A stretch of 64,000 nucleotides of DNA from positions 1 to 64,000 of the IMG/VR virus record IMGVR_UViG_3300005613_000025; one strand, 5' to 3'. Shown in pieces: positions 28,253-38,458 of the stretch. The stretch's first letter is position 1; each line of letters opens with the position of its first letter. Position numbers and translations under genes: made by a program. The notes beneath the pieces were generated by a model. That model saw only the letters and a list, made by a program, of their open reading frames with translations, ran no database searches and had not been told where the DNA came from. Origin of the DNA: a virus.

Positions 28253-29832
28253 TGAAGAATTATCAAGAATTCATAAAAGAAGCAGAACTTTCAAAGACAG
28301 AGGGTGTACCAGAGGATTGGATAAGAAAGACCGATGTGAAGGCGCAAAGAGAACTTGGTGTTAGAAAGGATGAGCCGACAGGGCGAGTGCCACACGGTCT
28401 ACGACCACCACCTGGAATGCCACCACTACCTCCTGGAACGGAATTGCCTGGACCTCAAACAATGGCTCTTGTTCAGAAAATGAATAGAATGATGCAAAAT
28501 GTCATGCCCATTTTCAGAAAATATGATAAAGATGAGGTTTACCCGAAAATGACTGAAATTGCAATTGAAGCAGTAAAATCTGAATTTCCAAATGTATTGG
28601 ATAATGTTACACTTGATGTCAAAATGGTTGATATGTTCAAAGTTGCAGAGGAGATGCCAGATATCAAGGAGACTCCAAAGGATCCAAAATCTGAGGAGGA
28701 ACAAAAAGAAAAAATAGAATCAGAGGAAGAATCTGAAAATGATGAGGGTTCTGATAATGATTCGAATGAAACCCCAATAGATGATTTTTTAAGATCACCT
28801 GAATTGAAAAAAGAGATCGACAAGGTAAAGTTGATGAATGCCATTTCACAGGGTGAAGGTTTGAACACTAAAATGATATTGCATAGTGATGTTGTAAAGG
28901 ATGGTTTGAAAGAAATATTCGGTGATGATTGGCAGATCGTTTTCAATACATATGATGAGATGTCGAAGATACATCTTCAAATGAACTGGTCTCAGTCAAT
29001 AGATTTCACTGCTAAGAACATGTCAGATAACTCAGAAGGAATTGCAGGAACAGTTCAAGTTGGTTGGGATGATAATAATGAAGAGGATGGTGATGAACAG
29101 ACACAAAGTGCAGAGGATATACTCAAATCAATTGAGCAAGGTGAATCTTTAAGTGATATGAGTGATGAGATAAGTGACCAACTTGAAGGTGGTAGAGGTA
29201 AAATAACCGTAAGAGCGGTTGATCTTGCCATGTTGATACATGAAATTGTCAAGGGCATCTATCAATTGGTTGTTGTGAGTGGTATGCAAGTAATGAAAGA
29301 TGAGAGAACTAAGATGGCTGCCAAGATGGCAACCGATAGTTTTGCCGATGAGGCAGAAGAGTTCCGATATGGTCCTTACATAGCTGCCGCATTGAGGGAT
29401 GTTGTGAATAAATGTGACGGATCAGATAAATATCCGAATGCAAGACTTTATGTTTTCGGGTTGATGGTTCAGATGGATGCACAGCCATTCTTGGATCTGA
29501 TGCTTGAAATACTAAAGGAAAGTGATAGTGCAACTGAGATGGTGCAATCCCTTGTTGATCAGGTCAATGAGATGTTTGATGAATATCAACAAAAAGAAGT
29601 TGAATACGATCTTGATAGTGACGGGGATGATGATCAGATGATTCCTTCACAATCGGATGAGAAAGAGTATAAGGATATGTCACAATCAGAATTGAAAGAG
29701 TTGATCGATATGTATCTTGATTCGGGAGACTTCGGCGAGATCGAGAAAATAAGACCTTACTTGAAAGAGTCGATCGACATGAGAATATATTTTGAAAGAC
29801 AAGTGCAAAAAATAAAGGAATCAAAAAAATGA
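28252..29832 (+). CDS. Probable internal head protein
   Basis: N-terminus MKNYQEFIKE resembles the T4 internal-protein targeting peptide; LIHEIVKG motif. Confidence 0.55.
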   Translation: MKNYQEFIKEAELSKTEGVPEDWIRKTDVKAQRELGVRKDEPTGRVPHGLRPPPGMPPLPPGTELPGPQTMALVQKMNRMMQNVMPIFRKYDKDEVYPKMTEIAIEAVKSEFPNVLDNVTLDVKMVDMFKVAEEMPDIKETPKDPKSEEEQKEKIESEEESENDEGSDNDSNETPIDDFLRSPELKKEIDKVKLMNAISQGEGLNTKMILHSDVVKDGLKEIFGDDWQIVFNTYDEMSKIHLQMNWSQSIDFTAKNMSDNSEGIAGTVQVGWDDNNEEDGDEQTQSAEDILKSIEQGESLSDMSDEISDQLEGGRGKITVRAVDLAMLIHEIVKGIYQLVVVSGMQVMKDERTKMAAKMATDSFADEAEEFRYGPYIAAALRDVVNKCDGSDKYPNARLYVFGLMVQMDAQPFLDLMLEILKESDSATEMVQSLVDQVNEMFDEYQQKEVEYDLDSDGDDDQMIPSQSDEKEYKDMSQSELKELIDMYLDSGDFGEIEKIRPYLKESIDMRIYFERQVQKIKESKK

Positions 29833-31826
29833 AGTTATTCAGATTCAATAATTTTAAGAGTGAAAAATTGATAAATGAGAATGTTGCTCAGGCAAAGAAA
29901 TTGGCCAAAGATACATATCAACTTAACAAGGCTATTGTAAGTTTATCAGATGGTAAGTATAAGACCGATAAAGAAGGTCTTGTGATACTCGATACTGATG
30001 GATATCCTGTCGAGCCAAAGGATATGGACCAAGAGATAGTTCAAAAAGCGAAAGATTCTGTTTCAGAGATAGAGGTCACTGAGGAAGAACTAAAAGCAGC
30101 TGAGAGGTCATCTGCCATGGGTGTCATTCGTGATATAGTTGGTAAAAAACAAGGATACACATATATGTTCCTTTATTTCAAGTTGGTTGAACAGGTTCCT
30201 GATGATATGCTCAAAACAATAATGTCAAGGTTGAAACAGAATGGTGATCTTTTGAATCGACTGAGAAGGAATATTTCAAATTACATTGATCCTGAGGTGA
30301 AAAACAATTCTGAGCAATTGGTTGATGATCTTGATGATATTGAAAGATATAGAAAGGCAAAGAAGTTCATCAATGAGTTCACATCAGTGCTCAAAGAAGA
30401 TTACGCACAAGCGCCACCATATTTGAAGGATAAACTTGTTGATGTTGCATCAGCATTTGATGAACTTGGAAAAGATGATTCTGGTAAAATAGATAAGGTA
30501 GCGCAAAAAGCATCACAGAAAATATTCTTCGATAAGATAAAGCGATATAACACAGTGAGAGAGATGTTGGTTGCTGCTGAGGCTCATCTAAAAGCTGAGG
30601 CAAATTCAGGATACACTAAATATCTGAAATCAATAAAAGAAGTGAATCGTAAATTCGGAAAATTCGGTGCGGATGCTTTATTTGTTGAAAATGGAATTCT
30701 TGTGATGGAGCTCAAATCCTACCAGGCAACCAAGAAACTGTGTGGTAACACTGCTTGGTGTATTAAGGATCTATACTATTGGAACAATTATGTTGGTGGA
30801 GATACTGTTTATAACAGACAATATGTTATTGTGAATTTCAATTTACCCACATCTGATAGGAAGAGTATGATAGGTGTCACAATAGGACCTAATCAGTCAA
30901 TATATGCTGCACACTATAAGAATGACAATGAGGCCAAACCGTATCTGAAACAAGATCTCAAAGAATTCGAAGATGAGTATGGTCTGCCAGAAGGATCATT
31001 GTGGTATTACTTACAACCAATGGATGAAAACGATATCGAAATGAAAAAGAGAAGGATCAGTGCAAATAGAAATGTCGTGAAAAAAGGAATATCGCTTGAC
31101 CAATTGAAACAATATGTTGTTGAAGATGGTGCTGATGTGAATGCTGAAAACGGAGCTCCACTGGACAATGCAGTTGAGGAAGATGATTATGACAAAGTGG
31201 AATTTTTGTTGAACAGTGAGGCAAGTCCGAATTTGAGGACTGAGTTTTCAGCAACTGTGAACAAAGTGAAATCGTTCAAAATATTGAAACTTATGTTGAA
31301 CAATGGTGCAGAGTTGACGAAACACGCATTCAGGCCGATGATGGATGACCGTGATGCTATCAAGTTCTGTCTTGAGAATGGAATGGATCCTGACCTTGGT
31401 AAAGGACTTCCTATCCGACAGGCCATCAAGCGAGGTGATTTGGATCTCATCAAGGTGTTCATTGAGAATGGTGCTACTTGGGGTATGGATGACGGAAGAG
31501 CTCAGCGAACAGCATTCGAAAAAGACCAGATCGGAGTTGCAGAATATCTTGTCGAGAACGGATTCAATAAGCGATTTGATATTGTGATGGATTGGATCGG
31601 CATGATAAAATCAATGCACTCTCCTGACAAAAGATACGAACTTCTTAGTATCTGTCAGGACTGGATAGACCGTAAAAGAGTTGAAATGCAACAAAGTGGA
31701 TACCGTGACAAGGATTCTGATGGAAAAACCATTGTCATTGACTATGATCGACTTGTTGAAAAGTATGGAAATTACATGAATTATGTCATAAGTAATGATC
31801 CATCTATGTCGAAATTTAAAAAATGA
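29829..31826 (+). CDS. Ankyrin-repeat protein
   Basis: GADVNAENGAPLDNA, PIRQAIKRGDLDLIKVFIENGA; central TAWCI motif. Confidence 0.75.
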   Translation: MKLFRFNNFKSEKLINENVAQAKKLAKDTYQLNKAIVSLSDGKYKTDKEGLVILDTDGYPVEPKDMDQEIVQKAKDSVSEIEVTEEELKAAERSSAMGVIRDIVGKKQGYTYMFLYFKLVEQVPDDMLKTIMSRLKQNGDLLNRLRRNISNYIDPEVKNNSEQLVDDLDDIERYRKAKKFINEFTSVLKEDYAQAPPYLKDKLVDVASAFDELGKDDSGKIDKVAQKASQKIFFDKIKRYNTVREMLVAAEAHLKAEANSGYTKYLKSIKEVNRKFGKFGADALFVENGILVMELKSYQATKKLCGNTAWCIKDLYYWNNYVGGDTVYNRQYVIVNFNLPTSDRKSMIGVTIGPNQSIYAAHYKNDNEAKPYLKQDLKEFEDEYGLPEGSLWYYLQPMDENDIEMKKRRISANRNVVKKGISLDQLKQYVVEDGADVNAENGAPLDNAVEEDDYDKVEFLLNSEASPNLRTEFSATVNKVKSFKILKLMLNNGAELTKHAFRPMMDDRDAIKFCLENGMDPDLGKGLPIRQAIKRGDLDLIKVFIENGATWGMDDGRAQRTAFEKDQIGVAEYLVENGFNKRFDIVMDWIGMIKSMHSPDKRYELLSICQDWIDRKRVEMQQSGYRDKDSDGKTIVIDYDRLVEKYGNYMNYVISNDPSMSKFKK

Positions 31827-31867
31827 GGAAGTGATAATAGAGATATATAAAATAAACATCTCTTTTT

Positions 31868-32581
31868 ATGAACATAATCAGTATAGACCCATCATTGATA
31901 TCAACTGCAATGGTTGTGAATGGTAAGATATTCAATTATTGCAGGGAAACAGATGCCACGACCAAAAATGGACTATCTAAGTGGTTCAAGATGGCCGAAC
32001 AATTATGTGAGTACAAATTCATCAGTTATAGAAAATTCAATGGATATTCGGATGGTGAGATAATCAAGTTGATGGATTATGATAGTATAACTCAAATGAT
32101 AGTTGATGATATCATTGAGAACATTGATGTGATGGAAGAAACCAAATGTGTTATAGAGGGTTATAATTTCGGAGCACAGGTTGGTGATCTACTTGATCTT
32201 GTTACCTTTTCCACACTATTGAGAAAAAAAATATTCGATCAGGTCACTCAAGATATAATAGTTTTCTCTCCAACTCAATTGAAATTGGAAAGCTGTAAAC
32301 TGACATATCCACCATTTGAACAGATAGTTGGTGTTAGGAAAAAGAAGATAAAGACAAGTTATAGAAACAATCAAGGAATTGCCGGTGGCAAATTCACCAA
32401 AAGAGAAATGCTTTTTTCAATATTGGAGAATAAAGAAATTGATACCGATTGGTTCAGTCATATAAAATCAATAAAACAGGATATCACTGAGAGAAAAACA
32501 ATTCCAAAACCATATGAGGACATCAATGATGCCATACTCATGTATCACATCATAGAAAAAAATATGAAAGATAATGTTTGA
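31868..32581 (+). CDS. RuvC-like Holliday junction resolvase/nuclease
   Basis: ISIDPSLIST, VIEGY, SPTQLK, EDINDA. Confidence 0.75.
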   Translation: MNIISIDPSLISTAMVVNGKIFNYCRETDATTKNGLSKWFKMAEQLCEYKFISYRKFNGYSDGEIIKLMDYDSITQMIVDDIIENIDVMEETKCVIEGYNFGAQVGDLLDLVTFSTLLRKKIFDQVTQDIIVFSPTQLKLESCKLTYPPFEQIVGVRKKKIKTSYRNNQGIAGGKFTKREMLFSILENKEIDTDWFSHIKSIKQDITERKTIPKPYEDINDAILMYHIIEKNMKDNV

Positions 32582-32870
32582 AGATGATATGCAAAATCTG
32601 CCTATGCAGGATCTCATTGAAAAATACAAATTGTATCCAGAAGTTGCTTTTGAAGAGGATGATCATGGAATTCTCATAAATGAAACATGGACATCCGATA
32701 CGGACCAAGACATAATGCTTGAGAGATTCTATTATTTTGACATATATTTTGCTGAATTCCTTCCAACTGAAATTAAAAAAGAATGTTTCAGTGTGGTTTT
32801 GGATATTTATGTGGCTCGTGAGATGTATGAGGAAGCTGCAATACTCAGGGATGAGATTCAGCTTTTATAG
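32574..32870 (+). CDS. Small protein with C-terminal UVR (UvrB/C) motif
   Basis: VAREMYEEAAILRDEI. Confidence 0.7.
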   Translation: MFEDDMQNLPMQDLIEKYKLYPEVAFEEDDHGILINETWTSDTDQDIMLERFYYFDIYFAEFLPTEIKKECFSVVLDIYVAREMYEEAAILRDEIQLL

Positions 32871-33040
32871 CTACCACCTCTTTTCTTTCTCTTACAGAAC
32901 TGTTTCTGTGAAAATCCCTTTGGATCATTACAGTTTATCGACTTTTTATACTTGACCGACCATCTTTTCTTCATTTTCTTTCGCGGTTGGTTGTACTCTT
33001 TCTTCTCGTTGAATTCGTAAAAGTCCTGTAAGTGTGTCAT
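32858..33040 (-). CDS. Small basic protein
   Basis: MTHLQDFYEFNE...WSVKYKKSINCNDPKGFSQKQFC. Confidence 0.6.
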   Translation of the reverse strand: MTHLQDFYEFNEKKEYNQPRKKMKKRWSVKYKKSINCNDPKGFSQKQFCKRKKRGGSYKS

Positions 33041-33378
33041 TTCTTTTCAACATTTATTATGATCCTGTTTCTATCTCTATCATAGTTTACTGATCCCATA
33101 TCAAGACCTTTTAATTCAAGTTCAGATTTCAATTGCTCGATAACTTTCTTTTCTTCAAGTTCTTTCAATTCAAGTTCAAGGTCATTATTTGGCTTTTCGT
33201 CCAACTCTTTATCGAATATCTCTATTGTAAAGTTGTTCTCATCTTTTTTATTCATTTCGATATCGAGAAAAAGCCATTTATCAAATAATTCATCAAGTGT
33301 TGACTTTATATCATCTGCATTTATGTTGAAATCATTATTGAGGTCAAAGAATTCATTTATAGGTTTCAAGTATTTCAT
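33037..33378 (-). CDS. Hypothetical protein with capsid-targeting-like N-terminus
   Basis: MKYLKPINEF. Confidence 0.65.
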   Translation of the reverse strand: MKYLKPINEFFDLNNDFNINADDIKSTLDELFDKWLFLDIEMNKKDENNFTIEIFDKELDEKPNNDLELELKELEEKKVIEQLKSELELKGLDMGSVNYDRDRNRIIINVEKK

Positions 33379-33422
33379 AGGAAATTATTTATTTTTCAGT
33401 TTATATATTAAAAAATAATACT

Positions 33423-33430
33423 TATATTTG
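33423..33430 (+). promoter_or_regulatory. Bacteroidota-type -7 promoter box TAnnTTTG (also at 34424, 39373, 48900 and minus-strand 23173-23180)
   Basis: TATATTTG four nt before the ATG. Confidence 0.7.
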
Positions 33431-33434
33431 TGTT

Positions 33435-33848
33435 ATGAAATCGAACAAGCTTAATAGACACGAATCTCTAAAATTCATTTTCGGTGGTAATTCAACATTT
33501 ACTTTTAAGAACAACATCACTGAGAACCGATTCACATATCGAGTGAGAAAACACAAGACAAACGACATTTACTTCGTAAGTGTTTTGACTCAGCCAGATA
33601 CATACACATTCATCGGATCAATTTTCAAAGAAGGAAATTACAGACATTCTGTGAAAAGTAAAATATCATCAAATGCGCAATCTGTGAAAGTTTTTGATTA
33701 TGTTCTTAGAAAATTGCATACAGATTCACTGAGTGAGTCCATTGAAGTATGGCACGAGGGTAGATGTGGTCGATGTAACAGAAAATTGACCGTTCCTGAA
33801 AGTATCGAGTCAGGATTCGGACCGGAATGTATAAGAAGGCAAAAATGA
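33435..33848 (+). CDS. DUF6011-like Zn-finger protein
   Basis: HEGRCGRCNRKLTVPESIESGFGPEC. Confidence 0.8.
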   Translation: MKSNKLNRHESLKFIFGGNSTFTFKNNITENRFTYRVRKHKTNDIYFVSVLTQPDTYTFIGSIFKEGNYRHSVKSKISSNAQSVKVFDYVLRKLHTDSLSESIEVWHEGRCGRCNRKLTVPESIESGFGPECIRRQK

Positions 33849-34414
33849 TATCATTACTTTTAATCACACTATTATCATATCATTTCATATTTCAATATCG
33901 ATACCTTCGAGTATTGTCTGAATTGAGGTCAATGTCGAGGTGTCATCATTGTTATGTTAAAAAAGATTCATATGATATAAGTTTCAATCAAAAAACTGGT
34001 GAGATCCATGCAAAACTCAATGGTAAATATTGCACATCTTGCCATGAAAAAATAACGAGAAAGAAAAAATTGAACTCACTTCTTTCTAAAAAATTCACAT
34101 ATTACAAAGAAAAGTTCGACCAATCCCAATTTGAAAAAAAATTCGATAATATACTACTGTTGTATCTTATTTCAATTTTTATTTTGAGTTTGTTCACTCT
34201 AATTTTCATAAGTGATGAGTCAGGAATCATTTTAAATGTTTACAATTTCGGGAATTGTATATATTGGATCTTTTTAGTGAGAAGGAATTATTTCATAAAG
34301 AAAAAGGTCCAAGAACATGACCGTTCTCAGACCTTAGGGCCAACACTTTTTGCTGACATCCACCACTTTATTTTTAAAAGAATAAAGAAACTTAAAGATT
34401 ATATTAAGAATTGA
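33827..34414 (+). CDS. Membrane protein with CxxC pairs
   Basis: Hydrophobic segments; CHHC/CTSC. Confidence 0.55.
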   Translation: MYKKAKMISLLLITLLSYHFIFQYRYLRVLSELRSMSRCHHCYVKKDSYDISFNQKTGEIHAKLNGKYCTSCHEKITRKKKLNSLLSKKFTYYKEKFDQSQFEKKFDNILLLYLISIFILSLFTLIFISDESGIILNVYNFGNCIYWIFLVRRNYFIKKKVQEHDRSQTLGPTLFADIHHFIFKRIKKLKDYIKN

Positions 34415-34435
34415 AAAAATGTTTATATTTGTGAT

Positions 34436-35554
34436 ATGAAAGAACAACTAATTCAACTTATTGAAGAAAAATCACCAGGTTCAATTCCTGTTTACCTCGT
34501 TATTCGTGGGTCACACGCATACGGAACTAATATCGAAACATCTGATGTTGATTATTCAGGAGTCTTTGTACAAAGCCAAGATTCCATTTATGGGATGTCT
34601 TATAAAGAGCAGATCAATGACGATACTAATGATATTGTTATTTACGAGATCCGTAGATTCCTTGAACTTCTTGAAAAAAACAATCCAACCATTTTGGAAC
34701 TTCTCAACACACCTGAGGATTGTATCATCTATAAACATCCTATCTTTGATGAAATTCTTAAAAATAAAGAGAAATTCATTACTAAGCAATGTGCTAATTC
34801 ATTTGGTGGTTACGCCAAACAACAGATCAGTAAGGCTCGTGGTATGAACAAGAAACAAAACTGGGAGAAACAAAAAGTAACTCGTAAAACACCACTTGAT
34901 TTTTGTTATATTCACAGAGGAGAAAAGTCGATGCCACTTTCTGATTTTCTAAAAGAAAAGGCAATGGATCAAAGATTCTGTGGACTTTCAAATGTTCCAC
35001 ATTCACGAGATACTTATGCTCTTTTCTATGATTTCAAAGAAGAAGAAACTGATGGTGAGATCAAAAACTTTGGATTCAAAGGAATTGCTTTTGAATCATC
35101 AAATCAATTGAGACTTTCATCTATTCCTAAGAACCTGACACAGACTAGGAATTTCATCGGGTATGTTTCATATAATAAAGATGGATATACTAAACACTGT
35201 ATTGATTATTCATCTTATCAGAAATGGCTTGAAGAAAGAAACGAGGCAAGATATGTTGATGTCAAAGGTCACGGACAAATGATCGATGGTAAGAACATGA
35301 TGCACTGTCGTAGGCTGATGGATATGGCAAGAGAAATTGCCGAAGGTAAAGGAATCATTGTAAGGAGACCAAACGCTGATCAACTACTTGATATCAGAAG
35401 AGGAAAGGTTGATCTGAAAACTCTTATTGATCATGTTGAAAGTGAGATCAAAGAGGTAGATAACCTGTTCAAAGAATCAACTTTACCACAATTGGTTGAT
35501 ACAAAATATGTAGAAGAGTTGTTGGTAAAAATCAGAAAAACTATATATAAATAA
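34436..35554 (+). CDS. Predicted nucleotidyltransferase (YcgL/RlaP-like)
   Basis: RGSHAYGTNIETSDVD, NNPTILELL, KNMMHCRRL. Confidence 0.85.
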   Translation: MKEQLIQLIEEKSPGSIPVYLVIRGSHAYGTNIETSDVDYSGVFVQSQDSIYGMSYKEQINDDTNDIVIYEIRRFLELLEKNNPTILELLNTPEDCIIYKHPIFDEILKNKEKFITKQCANSFGGYAKQQISKARGMNKKQNWEKQKVTRKTPLDFCYIHRGEKSMPLSDFLKEKAMDQRFCGLSNVPHSRDTYALFYDFKEEETDGEIKNFGFKGIAFESSNQLRLSSIPKNLTQTRNFIGYVSYNKDGYTKHCIDYSSYQKWLEERNEARYVDVKGHGQMIDGKNMMHCRRLMDMAREIAEGKGIIVRRPNADQLLDIRRGKVDLKTLIDHVESEIKEVDNLFKESTLPQLVDTKYVEELLVKIRKTIYK

Positions 35555-35555
35555 A

Positions 35556-36134
35556 ATGATCGAATTCTTAATTTTCATATTTGGTGCCGTTGTAGGATAT
35601 ATTATGAATATACTATATCAAGAACTTGTTAAATATCTTGGTGTGAGAAAAAACAAGATATTGTTCGATAGTTTACTCACATCAGTTGAAGGAGGTGAAG
35701 GTAAATTTGTCAGTAGGCTCGGTGATTCGATCACCATATTCTTGAAGAAAGGCTCTCATGTTGGAAAATACATCATATATGATAAGACTTCTAGATATGT
35801 CAGTATTATTTCTGATAATAAAGAATTGACCAACTCAAAAAAGGTAAGATTATACTTTCCAAAAGAAACGGTAGTTGATGACCTTATTGATGAGATCGAA
35901 TATAGATTCCATGAAAACATTGAAGATTATGTTGTTGTGAGTGGTATAAAAATAGACCGCGAATATCTTGATTCAATGATGAAAAAACAAATGGATAATT
36001 TAGATTCAATGTACAGTACATACCAAAAAAAGGAAGAAAGTTTCAACATTGATGACATCTTGGATAAGATAAATCAAGTTGGGTTCGAAGGACTTACAGA
36101 TAAAGAAAAAAACTATTTAAAAAATATAAAATAA
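35556..36134 (+). CDS. Membrane-anchored protein with DUF6576-like C-terminus
   Basis: N-terminal TM segment; IDDILDKINQVGFEGLTDKEKNYL. Confidence 0.6.
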   Translation: MIEFLIFIFGAVVGYIMNILYQELVKYLGVRKNKILFDSLLTSVEGGEGKFVSRLGDSITIFLKKGSHVGKYIIYDKTSRYVSIISDNKELTNSKKVRLYFPKETVVDDLIDEIEYRFHENIEDYVVVSGIKIDREYLDSMMKKQMDNLDSMYSTYQKKEESFNIDDILDKINQVGFEGLTDKEKNYLKNIK

Positions 36135-36538
36135 AATGGACGAATTAAAGGAAATACTTGACGAGAAAACTTTTTATGAACTTGAATTGTTTTTTGCAAA
36201 TACGAATTTGGACAGAAAAGGGCGAGAACAGTTGATTGATATCATAAAGAAGGTATCAAATCCAACACTTATTGACCAAGTTTTAAGTTTCAGTGAGGAA
36301 ATCAAAAGCAATATCTAATGTCTTCATACGAAAAATTACAGAATATCTTCAAAGAGGACGAGAAAAAACTCAGCAGTTCTGGTAGAAAGAGACTCGATGC
36401 GATTCTTGGTAAGAAAGAGTCTGTTGTGAAATGGCAATCATTCAAAGATATTTTTCAAAAATTGAAATCACCTTTTTTAAAATTGGATAGTCTCATTTTC
36501 AAAGATCCGCCTAAATACACAAATCAATTCAATAAGAG

Positions 36539-37018
36539 ATGAAAAAATTCAATAACAGACCAAATAGATTCGTAACATCTGATTCAGATTCTGGATGGAT
36601 TAGCAGATCATGTGTTGTGGTTGCACTTATACATCACGATAATAAAATATTGTGTGTTAAAAGAGGTGATGATATGACACAAAGTGGTAAATGGTGCATG
36701 CCGTGTGGATACCTTGATTGGAATGAAACCATAGAACAAGCTGTTCACAGAGAAGTGTATGAGGAATCCGGAATATATCTACCGGATATCGAACATGAGT
36801 TACATGGTCCTGTTCATATAAACTCACATCCTATCGGTAAAAAACAGAACATCACATTTCATTATCATATTGAATTGGATAGTTTGGTCGATTTCAATAT
36901 TAGTGTTGTTGATCCGGGAGAAGTTACCGATATTGCATGGGTCGAAAAAGATCACATAACTGAGTATGATTTTGCTTTTAACCATAATAATATAATCAAT
37001 GAATACTTTAAAGGATAA
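36539..37018 (+). CDS. Nudix hydrolase
   Basis: GYLDWNETIEQAVHREVYEESG. Confidence 0.92.
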   Translation: MKKFNNRPNRFVTSDSDSGWISRSCVVVALIHHDNKILCVKRGDDMTQSGKWCMPCGYLDWNETIEQAVHREVYEESGIYLPDIEHELHGPVHINSHPIGKKQNITFHYHIELDSLVDFNISVVDPGEVTDIAWVEKDHITEYDFAFNHNNIINEYFKG

Positions 37019-37844
37019 AAAAGGATTTCTTAAACTTTTTGACATCAAGATACCAAGAGAGTGTGATTTTGACTATTATATAGATCAATTGTCAAATCTA
37101 TCAAGATACTCCAATATCAAGGAACTGGTGGATATATATCACGAGGATGAGTTGAAATATGGTGACCTTTTCGAACTTAGAATGATTCTTTCGAATGAGA
37201 TCATCAATGAATTGAAAAACACACATGCTTATAATGAAATGTTGATCGATCAACTATCAGGACTTCCTACGAATAAAAGTTATTCATATGACAATGGTAT
37301 TTATGTTTCGATCGACCTTAGGTCTGCTAATTTCCAATCTCTGAAAAAGTATGACCAAAGAGGTGAAATTCCAACCAGTTATAGTGAGTTGTTAAGTAAT
37401 TTCAATTCACCAGAGATATTCAAGCATTCAAAATATCTCAGACAGGTGATTTTTGGTAATCTGAATCCTAAAAGACAACAACTTGTTCAACGACATATAG
37501 TTCAAGAACTTGTAAGAAAATTGGATTCAGAGAATATTCAAGCAGTGAGAAATGATGAGATAATCATAAAGTTGGAAAGTTATGATGAATATGAATCCAA
37601 TATAGAACCATATGTTGATTTTGAAAAGTATCGTGTGAAAATCTTTCAAAATTCAAACTATGATGGATTCAGGATCGAGCGTGAGATAGATAGTGATGGC
37701 CGACTTATTTCAAAGGATTTTTATGGATTGAACAGGAACATGTTATTTTGGAAGATCAAGGAACTTATAACATTCGAAGAAATAGAAGATCGAGATCTTT
37801 ATTTCATATCCGAAGGAAAACTTGCAAAATGGGTCATTGAGTGA
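36999..37844 (+). CDS. Hypothetical protein with polymerase-palm-like motifs
   Basis: SIDLRSANF, RQVIFG, NDEII. Confidence 0.45.
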   Translation: MNTLKDKKGFLKLFDIKIPRECDFDYYIDQLSNLSRYSNIKELVDIYHEDELKYGDLFELRMILSNEIINELKNTHAYNEMLIDQLSGLPTNKSYSYDNGIYVSIDLRSANFQSLKKYDQRGEIPTSYSELLSNFNSPEIFKHSKYLRQVIFGNLNPKRQQLVQRHIVQELVRKLDSENIQAVRNDEIIIKLESYDEYESNIEPYVDFEKYRVKIFQNSNYDGFRIEREIDSDGRLISKDFYGLNRNMLFWKIKELITFEEIEDRDLYFISEGKLAKWVIE

Positions 37845-38187
37845 CTTTTATTTGTAATTTTCCATCCATACTGCTGAAATTTTTATGCTGTTTTGTTTCT
37901 AAAAGATAATAGCTAACTTCGAATCCAATATCATTTAACCTTTTAAAGAATACATCACATTCTTTGTATATCTCTTGCATTTCATTTTGATTTTCATAGA
38001 TATTCATTGGAACATGTCCTTTTATTTCATATTTGAATTCCACCAAGTATAAACTCTGCTGTTTCCATCTATTGTGAAGTTTTGCAGTGAACTCATCGAC
38101 CTCATCTATCAGTTCATATGCAGCATCATATATCTTGCTGATGTTATCATCTGTTTCATTTTCAAATATGTGTCTGATATGCTTCAT
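37834..38187 (-). CDS. Hypothetical protein with capsid-targeting-like N-terminus
   Basis: MKHIRHIFENE. Confidence 0.65.
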   Translation of the reverse strand: MKHIRHIFENETDDNISKIYDAAYELIDEVDEFTAKLHNRWKQQSLYLVEFKYEIKGHVPMNIYENQNEMQEIYKECDVFFKRLNDIGFEVSYYLLETKQHKNFSSMDGKLQIKVTQ

Positions 38188-38242
38188 TTTTATTTCTATT
38201 TCTATTTTTGTATATAACCAGCTAGCTGTTTATACAGTAGTT

Positions 38243-38458
38243 CTATTTTTTTCTGTAATGATCTATGATATCACGACCATTTACTAACTCATCTGGTGCA
38301 TTCTTTATTTTTGAATCTTCGCAATTGTGAGATACCTTATATTTTCTTTTCACCTTTTCAATGATCTTCACTGGTGTTATCATATTATTGTACCAATATT
38401 CTATCAATACAACATCACCTTCATTGAAATAACTTTTATATTCGAGTAAATGTCTCAT
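38243..38458 (-). CDS. Small SH3/Tudor-like protein
   Basis: EGDVVLIEY...VKII...YKV. Confidence 0.45.
   Translation of the reverse strand: MRHLLEYKSYFNEGDVVLIEYWYNNMITPVKIIEKVKRKYKVSHNCEDSKIKNAPDELVNGRDIIDHYRKK

Noticed and set aside
31868-32581. Cas12/TnpB-type effector for the array
   Set aside because: It is a compact resolvase-like RuvC with the first Asp at the N-terminus, has no Zn finger or REC region, and lies 24 kb from the array.
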